DNA of 63,721 bases, the filler included, from Rhabdomonas costata (lineage: Eukaryota): NCBI GenBank assembly GCA_019059605.1. It is 56 parts of 56 records of this genome, joined end to end, with 100 filler letters (N's around TTAATTAATTAA, not from the genome) between each part and the next. Parts side by side here need not be neighbours in the genome. Positions count along the whole stretch, not along the records: positions 1 to 1,039 come from JAHMHO010031905.1; positions 1,140 to 2,179 come from JAHMHO010031906.1; positions 2,280 to 3,319 come from JAHMHO010031907.1; positions 3,420 to 4,460 come from JAHMHO010031908.1; positions 4,561 to 5,600 come from JAHMHO010031909.1; positions 5,701 to 6,738 come from JAHMHO010031910.1; positions 6,839 to 7,878 come from JAHMHO010031911.1; positions 7,979 to 9,018 come from JAHMHO010031912.1; 48 more parts are not named here. One strand, given 5' to 3'. Below, piece by piece: positions 1 through 11,090 of this stretch. The notes beneath the pieces were generated by a model. The model did no database searches, was not told where the DNA came from, and saw only the letters and a program-made list of their open reading frames with translations. How positions within the stretch are numbered: the stretch's first letter is position 1; every line of letters begins with the position of its first letter. Position numbers and translations under genes: made by a program.

Positions 1-1039
1 GTGGTTGGTGGGAGACAGCGCGGCGATGAAACTGACACATCACGCCTGACTTAACGGACTGCAATGTTTGTCTGGCTTCCGCCCTCATGGTTGGGGCCAC
101 TGGCGCAGCTGCGACTGGTAGAATGACGATGCTGAGGCTAAACTTTCCGAAGAGGATGGCTTGCTTGTGAGCACTGTGCTAAGAGTTAACTTATCACATG
201 CGTTACTGGAGAGACTGATGTTTCAACCCGGCGGAGTGGTTGGGTCATCATCACCAAGGCAGCGTCTCCACCAGCCGTGGACGTCGTTACATTCTGCTAG
301 ACACTGCGCTGTATATACTAACGGGGGAGCACGACTGTAACACGCACCTGATCCAGCCGTCGAGGGGCACTCGGAGCGGGTGGCAGAAGAGCGCTGGGAG
401 AGATCCGAAACTTGGCATGCGCCCTCCTCAGGGGCAAAAAGGGGCACATGCAGCCTCGTGGAGGCCATTTTACCGAGTACCAAGACTGAACGAAAATGAA
501 AAAGACCCCAGGGAAAAGGTAAAGCTAGCCCTGCAATTGAGAAGTCCGTCCTTTCTTTTTTAAGATTGGCGAAACCATTCCTTGTGGAAACTTGTCTGTT
601 GTGACAGTCCCTGTTCCCCACCTCTGCCAGTCCCCTCCTGCCTCGACCGCTTCCTGAGAGCCTATTACATTGTATTATACAAGCGTTGTCCAATTCTGCA
701 GGTTCCCAGCGTGAAAGTGCTAAGGGTAAGGTGGCACCGTATCACGTCGCGGAACCTCATTATTGTCATTCTGCCCGCACCACCGTCGCTATCACGGCCA
801 CTACCCCGAAGCCAAACAATCCGGGGGGGGGGTACTGTGCCCTCTCGCAGGAGGCAAAATTGCAAAGGGAATCACTGCCCATCTGCCACCCTCCAAGCTG
901 AATCAGCCGGCTCGACCTACCGCACTAAGAGTTGCTCCACGTTTCTAAACCGCTTCATCAGCCATACCCACACCGCCACGGTTGAGATTCTGCATGCTCC
1001 ACCATTGATGCCACATCTCCACAATTTTTACCACCACAC

Positions 1040-1139
1040 NNNNNNNNNNNNNNNNNNNNNNNNNNNNNNNNNNNNNNNNNNNNTTAATTAATTAANNNNN
1101 NNNNNNNNNNNNNNNNNNNNNNNNNNNNNNNNNNNNNNN
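1040..1139. other. Artificial contig spacer (first of 55 copies, about every 1140 nt; last 62582-62681)
   Basis: N44-TTAATTAATTAA-N44; the 12-mer has stops in all six frames; flanking sequences are unrelated and nearly equal in length. Confidence 0.99.
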
Positions 1140-1413
1140 AAGTATGCATTTGGCATTTCTATTGTCCTGTGTCTGAGTGTGTGGGGGGATGGCTTTGTCA
1201 ACATTTCAAGTTCGGGAAGCCGCGTTTTCTCGGCGAAACAAAAACACAAGGACATAGAATGCCCTTATTCTTATTCTTACTCCTTTCCTGTGGATTCATT
1301 TGTTACGCTCACCTAGATAAGATTGCAACGGCACCGATTTTTAGCAAGGTCGAACGCCAGATTTAAGATCACGAGTGGGGGTTGGGCGGGGGCACGCGCG
1401 GGAGTGCAAAGAC

Positions 1414-1596
1414 CTGCGGCACGGGCACCGCAGGGCGCCCACCGAGAGGTTGTTGGCTCGGAGTGGGCCTGACCTGCTGCTGCGGCTGCTGCTGCGGCTG
1501 GGACTGCTGCTGAGACTGCGGCTGCTGCAAGGGGGTCCCTGACGGCACTGCTGTGCGGACCCACCCCCATATCGCGTGAGAAGCCTTGCGTCCTGC
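1414..1596 (-). CDS. Putative exon, Gln/Pro-rich hypothetical protein
   Basis: aaatag|...PLQQPQSQQQSQPQQQPQQQVRPTPSQQPLGGRPAVPVPQ|gtcttt; 5' boundary uncertain. Confidence 0.4.
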
Positions 1597-4500
1597 CTAT
1601 TTCGGGACCCGGTCCAAGCGGAATGCGTGAGGTGGGATGAGATGAGAAACGAAGGCGGTTTTCTGCAATGTTGGGGGCACACTGCAACTTCAGAATTCAC
1701 CCTTGCTTTTGAACTGCAATATTTCACCGACGCTGAACAACGTGAAACTGTTACCATCAGCGGCTCCGCTACTCGAGCCACCCCTGCGCGTTCGGAGGCC
1801 ACACAAGCGGCTTCCTTTTCCCACCTACTCCCCCGCTGCCTGGCCGCTTCTCGGGGTACGAATCACCCCTCTGGTAATGAGCGGAGGTTCTTGGGAACTT
1901 GGAAAACCTCAATAGCGAAATATGGCACCCACACAGACACACACTTGATGCGCTTGACCAGGGTGAAGTTTCCTGGGGAGGTCTCGGGGTCCACATCCAC
2001 CTGGTGGGCCTCACACCCTTGTCGGGTCCACGGTGCCTTGTCCTACTCTCTTGTCACGTAGGGTTGGCTCACCCCCCGATCCACAGCGGAGCCTTGGGAA
2101 CCCCGGTGGGCGCATGCACATTACCACACACCACGACCCCACGCCAACCCACGCCGATCCACACCTGATACCCCACCACNNNNNNNNNNNNNNNNNNNNN
2201 NNNNNNNNNNNNNNNNNNNNNNNTTAATTAATTAANNNNNNNNNNNNNNNNNNNNNNNNNNNNNNNNNNNNNNNNNNNNGTGTTGGGTGTGGTTGGGTTT
2301 GTTTTTAGCTATTTCGAAATTCGTTTTCTTGTTTCCTTTGTTGTTTTTGAGTGTGTTGGAGGAAGGACGCCAAGTTCTGCGCCCCATGTCTTGCCTACCA
2401 TTGGTACTGTGGACCTCGGCCAAGAAAGCGGCAGCTGCAAACATGCATATGGTCTCGTGGGTTTTTGCCTTGTGATCACAAAGGATTCGGAGATGTGGAC
2501 TGTCCTTCCGCCAGCTCTTCGCGAGCCGTGGAGTCCGTAATGTCCAGCCTACAGGTTGGATGCTCCAGACCACAGGATGGATGCCCACCGCGCCGTCGGA
2601 TCCCTTTGTCGACGGCAGAGTTTGAGGACCTCGCGGCACACGCAGTCGAGAACATTGGTCGCTTCTACTCGATGAGTTTCTGGAGGGGCAACGCATCTAC
2701 AAGGACAATTCCCAATCTTGTCAGGTGGCAGAGACAACATCCTTGGAATGCACCCAAAGTACAGACCCCGGTTCAGAGTAAGCTGGGAAAAAGCAGAAGT
2801 CTAAGGCTTAAAACCCACTGCACAAAAGTTGGCAAACTACGTCGCTGTCCATTGTGAGGAAGACTTTTCCAGGTTTTACATGGAGAATGGCTCGCTGGCC
2901 AGACCACTTCCAGTTTTGGACGCTTTTCCTTCAAACAACAACACAGGGTGGATGAATCCGCTGAGGGCTTTGGGATCGGGTCGTCAGCTCGAGTCAATCA
3001 AAGGAGGAATGGCGAGACGGGCAAGGTCAAGCCAAACAGTCAGCCACCCACATCGAAACTGGAAACAAATCCATACCAACGAACAAAGACGGCTTAAGAG
3101 CACTCGTACTGCCCGAAGTGAGAGAGGCTGTAAACGATATGGAGTTGACAGAGGTTGCAAGTTTTCTCGTCTTAGACACAGATGCATGCATGCAAGAGAG
3201 ACAACCAAAGGCATACATAAGTGGGTTGACTGTTCCCACGGTCCGAAGACGCATCGGGCATACACATCCACACGAAGGAGACAAGCAGACACTGGGGGTT
3301 GTGAGAAGGGAGGGAAACTNNNNNNNNNNNNNNNNNNNNNNNNNNNNNNNNNNNNNNNNNNNNTTAATTAATTAANNNNNNNNNNNNNNNNNNNNNNNNN
3401 NNNNNNNNNNNNNNNNNNNTTCTTGCTTTAATTTGAAAAATTCACGACAATCCTGAACCCCTGCTTTCAAAAGAACTGGGGGTCCAGGGGGCTCGTCCGC
3501 ACTATAATCACTCGGCCGCCAATGCAGTTTCCAGCAGCTCTTCAGAGTAAAGCTCTTTTGGGACCTGGGACCTGGAACTGTCCCTTAGTCAAATAATAAG
3601 ACCACGTACACCCAAGGCCGAGTTCATTTCGTCCCTGGAAATTCCAGGAATGGCGTTGGCCGTGCTTCCGTTCCGGCAAAGCCAGCGTTTGTAATATTTA
3701 TGAACATCTCTGGTGATAAAATGCAACCTTACCGAAGCATGGGGGGGGGACAGCGGGGCCTAGCTCCTGTTTTAGAATCAGCTGGAGGAAGAAAGACCAA
3801 AAAACTGGTGCCGGGTACCACGTACCCCATAAAAAACAAAAAACTGGTCACTAAAAAATTTTATTTAAAAATTTGATTAAGTATGCACAATAAATGAATC
3901 TTTTCTGTGACAACGCATCAATCTGCAAAGTAGGGTTTGCTTTCCTACGTGTGAATTGAAAATGCCCGTCGGATCATACGCTAAAACTGCATTCGAGAAG
4001 GGTCTTCCCTCTCACGATGCAGTACTTAAAGTCATTCAATCTCTTTCTCGCACACAAGGCAGTCAGGCTGGTTGGGGGCTTGCTGCTGGGTTGAGAAAAG
4101 CTGATGTTCTTCCTCTGCATGCGGGCCAAGCGGTTGGAAATAGGTTGAGAGTACCAGGGAGGGAGAGGAGACCCACCTTCCCTTCATCTACACTGACTGC
4201 GCGGGAGTTGCTCAGTTTCCCTTCTGTGAAGGAACAGTCCTCCAGCTCCGAAGAGGTCTGTGTTGTCGTTTTTTTTTCGTTCGTGTTTTGCACATGGGCA
4301 TTATATTTTAAGCATACTATTGGCAGAAACATGGAAGATATGATGAGTGGAAGCAAGAGGCTGAAATCCACCCCACAGATGATCAGATGCAACAATTGCT
4401 GCTCGAGGTACTGAACCAACGACTGTATGCATAAAATATAATGCCCATGTACAAAACACCNNNNNNNNNNNNNNNNNNNNNNNNNNNNNNNNNNNNNNNN

Positions 4501-4697
4501 NNNNTTAATTAATTAANNNNNNNNNNNNNNNNNNNNNNNNNNNNNNNNNNNNNNNNNNNNTTGGTTTACGGCGTTTCTCAACCAATTTCCAAAAAGGGGG
4601 ATGAATCACGAAATCAGCACTTGCCCATGTTTCCTGTCCTTAGGAGTGGACTTCTGTACAGTCAGTAAAGTACACGGGCGGGGGAGAAGGGACGGAC

Positions 4698-5231
4698 CGG
4701 CCTTGCGCTCGAGGGACTCGCAGCTGATCTCATCGAAGAAGGACTCCTTCTTGTACCCCCCGGCAGGGGTCACCTTCTTCTTCGTGGAGTCCGTTGGCGG
4801 AGCCTCCTGAAAACCAAAAGCGATGCATCACAATGGAAACTCTGAATGAATGCGCAGCAGGGTGTCACGGAAGCGCTTTTCTGCACCAACCGAACACCGC
4901 TGCAAAGCACTCGACCAGCCTCTTGAAACCACTTCCGGAAAAACTGACAAGCCGCCCCCAGGCCATGTTGTGAGGCTGCAGGTGAAGGGCAAGGAGGACA
5001 GAGGGGGGGAGGGGGAGCGGTTTGGCAGTACCGCGGCCTCCTTGAACTCCTCCGCGACCTTGGTGAGGTCCAGCTTCTTGTTCGCGGACTCGAAGTCGAA
5101 CTCCTCGCTGTACTCCTTGGGCTTCGCGCCTGCGGCGCCATCGGTGGGCTTGAAGTTCTGCCCAGTGTGCTGGTTGGGGTTGGCCGGGGCCCGTCCTCGG
5201 AAGCTCCCCCCGCCACCGCCCATGCCTCGGC
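4698..5231 (-). CDS. LSM14: LSM14/Scd6/RAP55 family, two exons (5231-5032, 4806-4698)
   Basis: RG-rich stretch, FDF motif EEFDFESANKKLD, FFD box YKKESFFDEISCE; phase-consistent GT-AG intron 5031-4807. Confidence 0.92.
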
Positions 5232-6083
5232 CTGTGGCAGTGTGACGTTAAAGGGAACATAACCAACTCGCACACTGAGTTGAGTGTGAAGGAGAAAGAC
5301 TGGTATGGATACTGTCAGGCACCAAAATAGAAATCGGCTCGAATCTAGCATTCAAGGTTCATGCCGGTGTCGAGCTCAAGCGCAATGGTGAAGGCAACTC
5401 GGATTTTCCCCGCGAAAATTGGGGACATGAACACATTCATGCAATTCATGTGTACTATGGAGCAGCTGCAATCTGGCTGGGCTGTGGTGTGGCGGAAAAG
5501 TCTACGCTCACTCAAGAACATTTGATGGCACTCAAGAAGGAAGAACATCGCGGGTGTCAGTCAAATGTTCTTGAGTGAGCGTAGACTTTTCCACCACACA
5601 NNNNNNNNNNNNNNNNNNNNNNNNNNNNNNNNNNNNNNNNNNNNTTAATTAATTAANNNNNNNNNNNNNNNNNNNNNNNNNNNNNNNNNNNNNNNNNNNN
5701 GGTGGTGTTGGGGAAGTGATGAAAAGCTTCTCTTTTTCCCAGTGGATGTGTTGCACCGTATGTGGATTTTTTCGGCAGAAATAACGGAGCGACAGACTAG
5801 TTTCCTCTAATCGGTCACACTTGTTCAGAACAAACAAAATTTCCTCTCACATCCGATGTACGGTACCAACCAAGCAAATGTAGGCAGGATGGGAATTCTG
5901 AATGCTGGTTGCGGAAGGGATGAAGTCAAGGTCAAGGTACCCTTGAACATTGGGGGGGGGGGGGGTTCCGTTGCACGTATAACGGTGATAGCGGCGCTGC
6001 ATGCTTAGGCGTCATACGCTTTCTTTCTGTTGGCCCCACACACATGCTTCTGAAGCCTCTACCGCACACGTTTTCTGCCACAG

Positions 6084-6196
6084 GCGGGTTTGCCACGGTG
6101 TATCTGGGAATGAACACACTGACCGGGGAGCTGATTGCGGTGAAGCGCATCCCCGTTAGCCGCCACGAGCAGTCCAAGATCAAGCAGATCTGCAAG
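6084..6196 (+). CDS. STE11/MAP3K-like protein kinase exon (subdomains I-II)
   Basis: ccacag|GGFATVYLGMNTLTGELIAVKRIPVSRHEQSKIKQICK|gtggtt. Confidence 0.85.
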
Positions 6197-6985
6197 GTGG
6201 TTACCCCCATCCGCATGTGCCCCAACTTACACACTTCCATTACACATGAAGAAAAAACAACAGAACGCGGATCTTTGCACTGAACCTGGGACCAGGGAAG
6301 GCACCCGCACCAGCACACATACTGTCTTTATCTGGGCACTGTAACGGTGACTGACGATCGGCGCAAGTGCGAGCTGTGCGAGCTGTGTATGTGGATGGCC
6401 GGCAGCCTCTTCCTGTTGAGCTGGCTGGCATCCCTCTCTTTGATGACCATCTCCCACTGGTCCCACTGGGCACCCTAATTTGGAGCGGGCGCGAAGTCTC
6501 TTCGCTCCGCCGTTTCTCGCGCTGCCCTTGTCCGATGCCTTCGGCCTCTTTGGAGCCCAATATCCTCTTCAAGCTCTCAACCTCCGAAGTACCTCCTCCG
6601 AAACACAGCTGGGGCGTGCAGAGTATAGAATCTCTGTCAAACCTGGGATGCTGACTTTTCTTCTTTGACATAGGGACCGCATTTGTCTCCACCCCGCCCG
6701 CCGTCTCCCCTTTCCTCTTCCCTATCGGATCCCTCTTGNNNNNNNNNNNNNNNNNNNNNNNNNNNNNNNNNNNNNNNNNNNNTTAATTAATTAANNNNNN
6801 NNNNNNNNNNNNNNNNNNNNNNNNNNNNNNNNNNNNNNTTGTTGGTGGCCTATGCATTTGCCTATTCCCCCTCCCCTTCGCTTCCATCTGAGGCCTGGAG
6901 AAAACTTTGTTCGTTTGGATTCGTCCTATGGTTGGTCCCTACCCCTGGGAACCCTGGGCAGGCTTGGTGGCCCCCTCCTCCTTAG

Positions 6986-7122
6986 GGGTGAAGTTCAAGT
7001 GCGTGCACTGCTTTCCCCCGGGTGGGGAATTTCTGGAGCTATGCGAGGCCTGCGAGGCGGACGAGAAACTGAGGAACCACCCCGACGACCACATCTTCAA
7101 GCCCTTCGCCAACCCTGAGTGA
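6986..7122 (+). CDS. Terminal exon with C-terminal part of a ZZ-type zinc finger
   Basis: ccttag|GVKFKCVHC...LELCEACE...HPDDHIFKPFANPE-TGA fits G.R.KCxxC..DLCxxC...HxxxH.F. Confidence 0.75.
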
Positions 7123-7978
7123 GGGGCGGGAAGGAGGAGAATGGGTCAAAAGACCCGTTTACCGCATCCTCGGGACCCTGCGAACAAATTCCGTTGTATC
7201 TTAGTGTCTGTTGGCTCGAGTGGTTTTGGCCTCATGGCGGATTCCCTCATCCCGCACTCCCCCAACCTCTGCTGCCTGTTTTCGGTGCTTCAACCTGTTC
7301 CCCTGTTCACCTGCTCACTGCTCTCCCAGGTTCTGTTCGGTAATGCTTTTGCTGCTGATACCTTTGCCTTTGGCCCTTCGAATGTCACTCCCTTTCCCTA
7401 CTTTGCCCCTTGCATTGACCTTGTGTTTGATTTGCTCGTTCAGGGCAATCATCACAGGTATACTCAGCCATTGCTACTGTGCTTTCGTATACGTTTCACA
7501 TTCGGTGGAAGGTCCGTCGATGATAATGTAGCGGACAAGGGAAAGAAATCTGCTTTGGTCTTCTGCTGGAATGAGCTGAGCTGACTGAAGGTACATGCCC
7601 CAAAACCTGCACAGACGGCCCCGCTTCTTGGGACGGCGGATAAAGGTCACGTTGAGATCCAGTGTCAGCGAAGGTCCAGGGCATCCAGGTAGCCTAATTT
7701 GATATAAGAGGTGAGGAAGGTGTGTGGCGTGTGCGACGGATCTTGTGCAAGACCTTCGTCTCGTTTCTTCGGTGATGATGCTCATACCCCCCTCGCCGAA
7801 CCGTGGATACAGACAACCTAATGGCAAAACAGCAGTGATCTCGACGAAGTTACAACCAACACCACACACACCCAACACNNNNNNNNNNNNNNNNNNNNNN
7901 NNNNNNNNNNNNNNNNNNNNNNTTAATTAATTAANNNNNNNNNNNNNNNNNNNNNNNNNNNNNNNNNNNNNNNNNNNN

Positions 7979-8110
7979 GGGTGTGGGTTTGGCATTCTTG
8001 GCTGTTGGGGTTCTGGGTTCTGAATTCGGTCTTTGGGTTTTGGTCTTCGGGTTTTGATTTCTGGGTTGGGTTCTGAGTTGGAGGGTGAGTTTGGGTTCTG
8101 AGTGAGTGAG
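7979..8110. repeat. Degenerate 6-7-nt-period GGGTTY-like simple repeat
   Basis: gggttctgggttctg...tttgggttttgg...; a similar tract is on the opposite strand at about 27880-28030. Confidence 0.6.
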
Positions 8111-9405
8111 ATAGAAGTCTTGTATTCGGGTTCGCTTTCTGAAGGATCACCATGGCGATATTCCCAAGCCCAGCTTTGGCTAATGCCCAATAGAGGTCCG
8201 GGGCTCTTTGCCCATACCGCCTTTTTTAGGTGTGCGAATCCCAGGTTTTGCCACCCTCAAGTTCTCCCTCAGTCTAGCGTACGGTGCACGTGGGCCCTTT
8301 CAGGCCACCTACACCTTCGCCAAGATAGGGGATTGCAAACAATACACGAAGTGCCCCTTCTCTGCCAAGCCCATATCCACCAACGGCAGGACTACCGCTT
8401 CACAGTAGCAGTGCGGCAGCAGCGGTACCATCTCGTGCACCAGCTGCTCCACCTCCGCTGCAGTTACTTTTGCAGACCGCGAGCGGCATTAGCAAAGTTG
8501 TTCCAGCTTCTCAGCCTTCTCAGCCCACTCCGAAGCCACAGCAGGTTCGCGGAAGGCCGCGGGAGTTCAGTCCGGAATCCGTGCCTCTGCCATCACTTTA
8601 TTCCTCCCTTGCGGTGTCAGCGGGAAAATCCACTCCACCCGAACTCACCGCCACATACCGTGCTGCAGTGAGGCACGCAATGCCGTCACGAGCAGCTGAA
8701 GCCTAGTCCAGCATTGAGACCACAGCAGGCCTAAGCTCAATTCCAAGTTTCAGCTGCATCCTCCACAGCGGGAGTCCTACACTCCCTGCATAACTCACCA
8801 GCACAGTGCGCTGCGCCTCGCGCGCCGCAACACAGCCGGTGTCACATAGCACTACGTCCGCAGCCAGCAGCGCAAGGACATTGTACTCCAAACCCAGCAG
8901 AGCAGGGAGTAGGTCGCCCCCTTCTGTAGCCAGCAGCCCAGCCTCAGGTTCAACAACGCCGTTCATGACACAATTTACTGCTGTTGTCATGGGCAGGTTT
9001 CTGGTGACGGACGACGTTNNNNNNNNNNNNNNNNNNNNNNNNNNNNNNNNNNNNNNNNNNNNTTAATTAATTAANNNNNNNNNNNNNNNNNNNNNNNNNN
9101 NNNNNNNNNNNNNNNNNNCGTTGAGGACCTCCGTTTGTGAGGAAGCTTTCTTCATCAGAGAGCGGGGGGCGTCTCACCTCCACTGTCCAGACTTTGTAGA
9201 GAACCCCGAGGTCAAGCCGGACATTTGCCCCAACAACTCCGTCCGAACTCCCATATCAGACCCCCTTCCTCGGACCTTTTGTGGATCAAGAGCCGTCCTA
9301 AAAGCATCAGGAAGATCCCTTCCATGTAGAGAGAGCTTTGTGCTTTATTAACACGACGCATTTTATGTAACTTTGAATCCGCAAACATGTGCTTGAGAAC
9401 GGGAC

Positions 9406-9830
9406 CCTTCGAAGGCGGGTTGGCAGAGATGGGCCCCGGCATGTGCTGATGGAGGAATCGGGGGAGGACCCCCAGAGCTTTCCAGCCTCCTCCTCCCCCG
9501 GGTCACCCTTCGGTGGGGGCTTCATCCCGTGTAGGGCCATGACGTATCTGGAGAGCTCCCTGTCCCTCTCCGCGTCGGCGCTGTCGATCAGGACGTAGAT
9601 CAGGTCGAATCGGGACAGCAGGGCCATGGACATCTGGAGGTTCTCGGCGACCGTCTTGCCGCGGCTGTAGTGACCCCCCGAGGGGTTCGCGGCGACCACG
9701 ACGGAGGCCCGCGCGGGCAGGCTGCAGACGATCCCGGCCTTGGCCACGGAGCACTGTTGCTGCTCCATGGCCTCCAGAAGGGCGCGGTGGTCAGCCCGCA
9801 TCTTGTCAAACTCATCGATACAGCACACAC
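9406..9830 (-). CDS. MCM8: MCM8 helicase, AAA+ exon
   Basis: Walker B CCIDEFDKM, LLEAMEQQ..SVAKAGIVCSLPAR, AANPSGGHY..KTVAENL (MCM8-type), arginine finger LLSRFDL; tcaag acceptor, gtcccg donor. Confidence 0.9.
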
Positions 9831-10604
9831 CTTGACGAGAAAGAGGGTTGCTGATGAACAGTCGCACAACGGCGGACTCCGCTGTGGCAACGCTCGCTTG
9901 AAGATTCAGGCAGGTTTTCAACCTGTCTTGTGGACAAGTGGGAAGGACCTTATGGTTACAGTCTTCCCTGACTCGATGCAATGGTGGAATGCGTGAATTC
10001 GTGCAAGAAGGACGGGCTGCGGAACAAACCCTCCTGGTACTTGGCACTATAAAAAAAGCCCCCACCCATTTGATTGCCAAGCAAGAACTACCGGAGCGCA
10101 GCAGCATCTGGCTTCGGTGGGTGCCCCAACCCAAACACACAACACACCACCCCCCACANNNNNNNNNNNNNNNNNNNNNNNNNNNNNNNNNNNNNNNNNN
10201 NNTTAATTAATTAANNNNNNNNNNNNNNNNNNNNNNNNNNNNNNNNNNNNNNNNNNNNGTGGTGGGTGTGTTTGGTTGTGGGTGGTGTATTCTCGGGTTC
10301 ATGGGGGGTGGGTCCCCGTAACAGTCACAAGGCTCTGGTTTTCCAGGGCTGGGGCCGACTGGCGAAGCTGCTTTTGTGTTTTAGGGTTGATAGTAGCAGG
10401 AACAACACAGCGAGTGCTGGAAAAAAGCTAAATCGGTGGTGAACCATAACTTACAGGTTCGCTGAGTATAGCACCCCCAACCCCCACGCGGGGCAGGTAT
10501 TTCCACGAAGTTTATGCAAAGATGTCATTGTGCCGTTTACTTCCGATCAAGTGGTACATTGTCTGTGCCATATATCCCGCGGCGTGCGGGGTGGAAAAGG
10601 GCAC

Positions 10605-10743
10605 CAGACAGCGCTGATCCCCACCCTTCGGAAAGCCCAGGAAAGGCAAAGCCACCGGTCGTTCGCAGGGCTCCACCGTTCCACGAAGGGGAGCCCAACA
10701 GCTCCGAAGAGTGCCCGCCGGCCTTCTTGAAGGCGACCAGCTC
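10605..10743 (-). CDS. Putative exon, hypothetical protein
   Basis: gttcag|ELVAFKKAGGHSSELLGSPSWNGG...|gtgccc; no family recognised. Confidence 0.35.
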
Positions 10744-10904
10744 CTGAACCAAAGCAAGGGGTGGGGTGTCTCCGCGGGGTGCACAGGCATCAGGGTGCAA
10801 TTGTGTGCAGGTGCTTTTTTGTCTCTTACTGGCGGCAGATTGTGTGAGAGCTGACGTTGCGGAGCATGTGCCCGCAGAATGCATTGGTATTGTACCTTCA
10901 TGTA

Positions 10905-11090
10905 TGACATGAGCGTCATAATCTCCTCCAGCGATGTGTGTACAGTGCCTTAGATTCGAAATCCTCCGCAAGGCTGCAAAACTCACGGAGTGCCGTCCCC
11001 ATTGGGATGGCCAAAACGAATATATCCAAAAATAAGCTGAGAAGTGTGTCAAGCTCGGCAGCGCGAATGAGAGCACTCTCCCAAAACACC
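10905..11090 (-). mobile_element. Probable degenerate hAT transposase C-terminal dimerisation-domain relic
   Basis: Across two frameshifts: FWESA...VLAIPMGTA / SVSFAALRRISNLR / SLEEIMTLM, resembling FW...L.IP.S.ASVERSFS.LRRI...R..L. Confidence 0.45.

Noticed and set aside
233..490. AVYTNGGA as an RNase H 'YTDG' relic
   Set aside because: Catalytic Asp absent, a stop follows, no further motifs
2520..3100. Coding-like stretches here and at 8250-9018, 12850-13570, 50290-50580, 52423-53300, 56284-56712
   Set aside because: Stops or frame switches and no recognisable motif; may be decayed elements but unsupported
7979..8110. Telomeric repeat
   Set aside because: No TTAGGG or other fixed unit; only a degenerate G/T-rich tract
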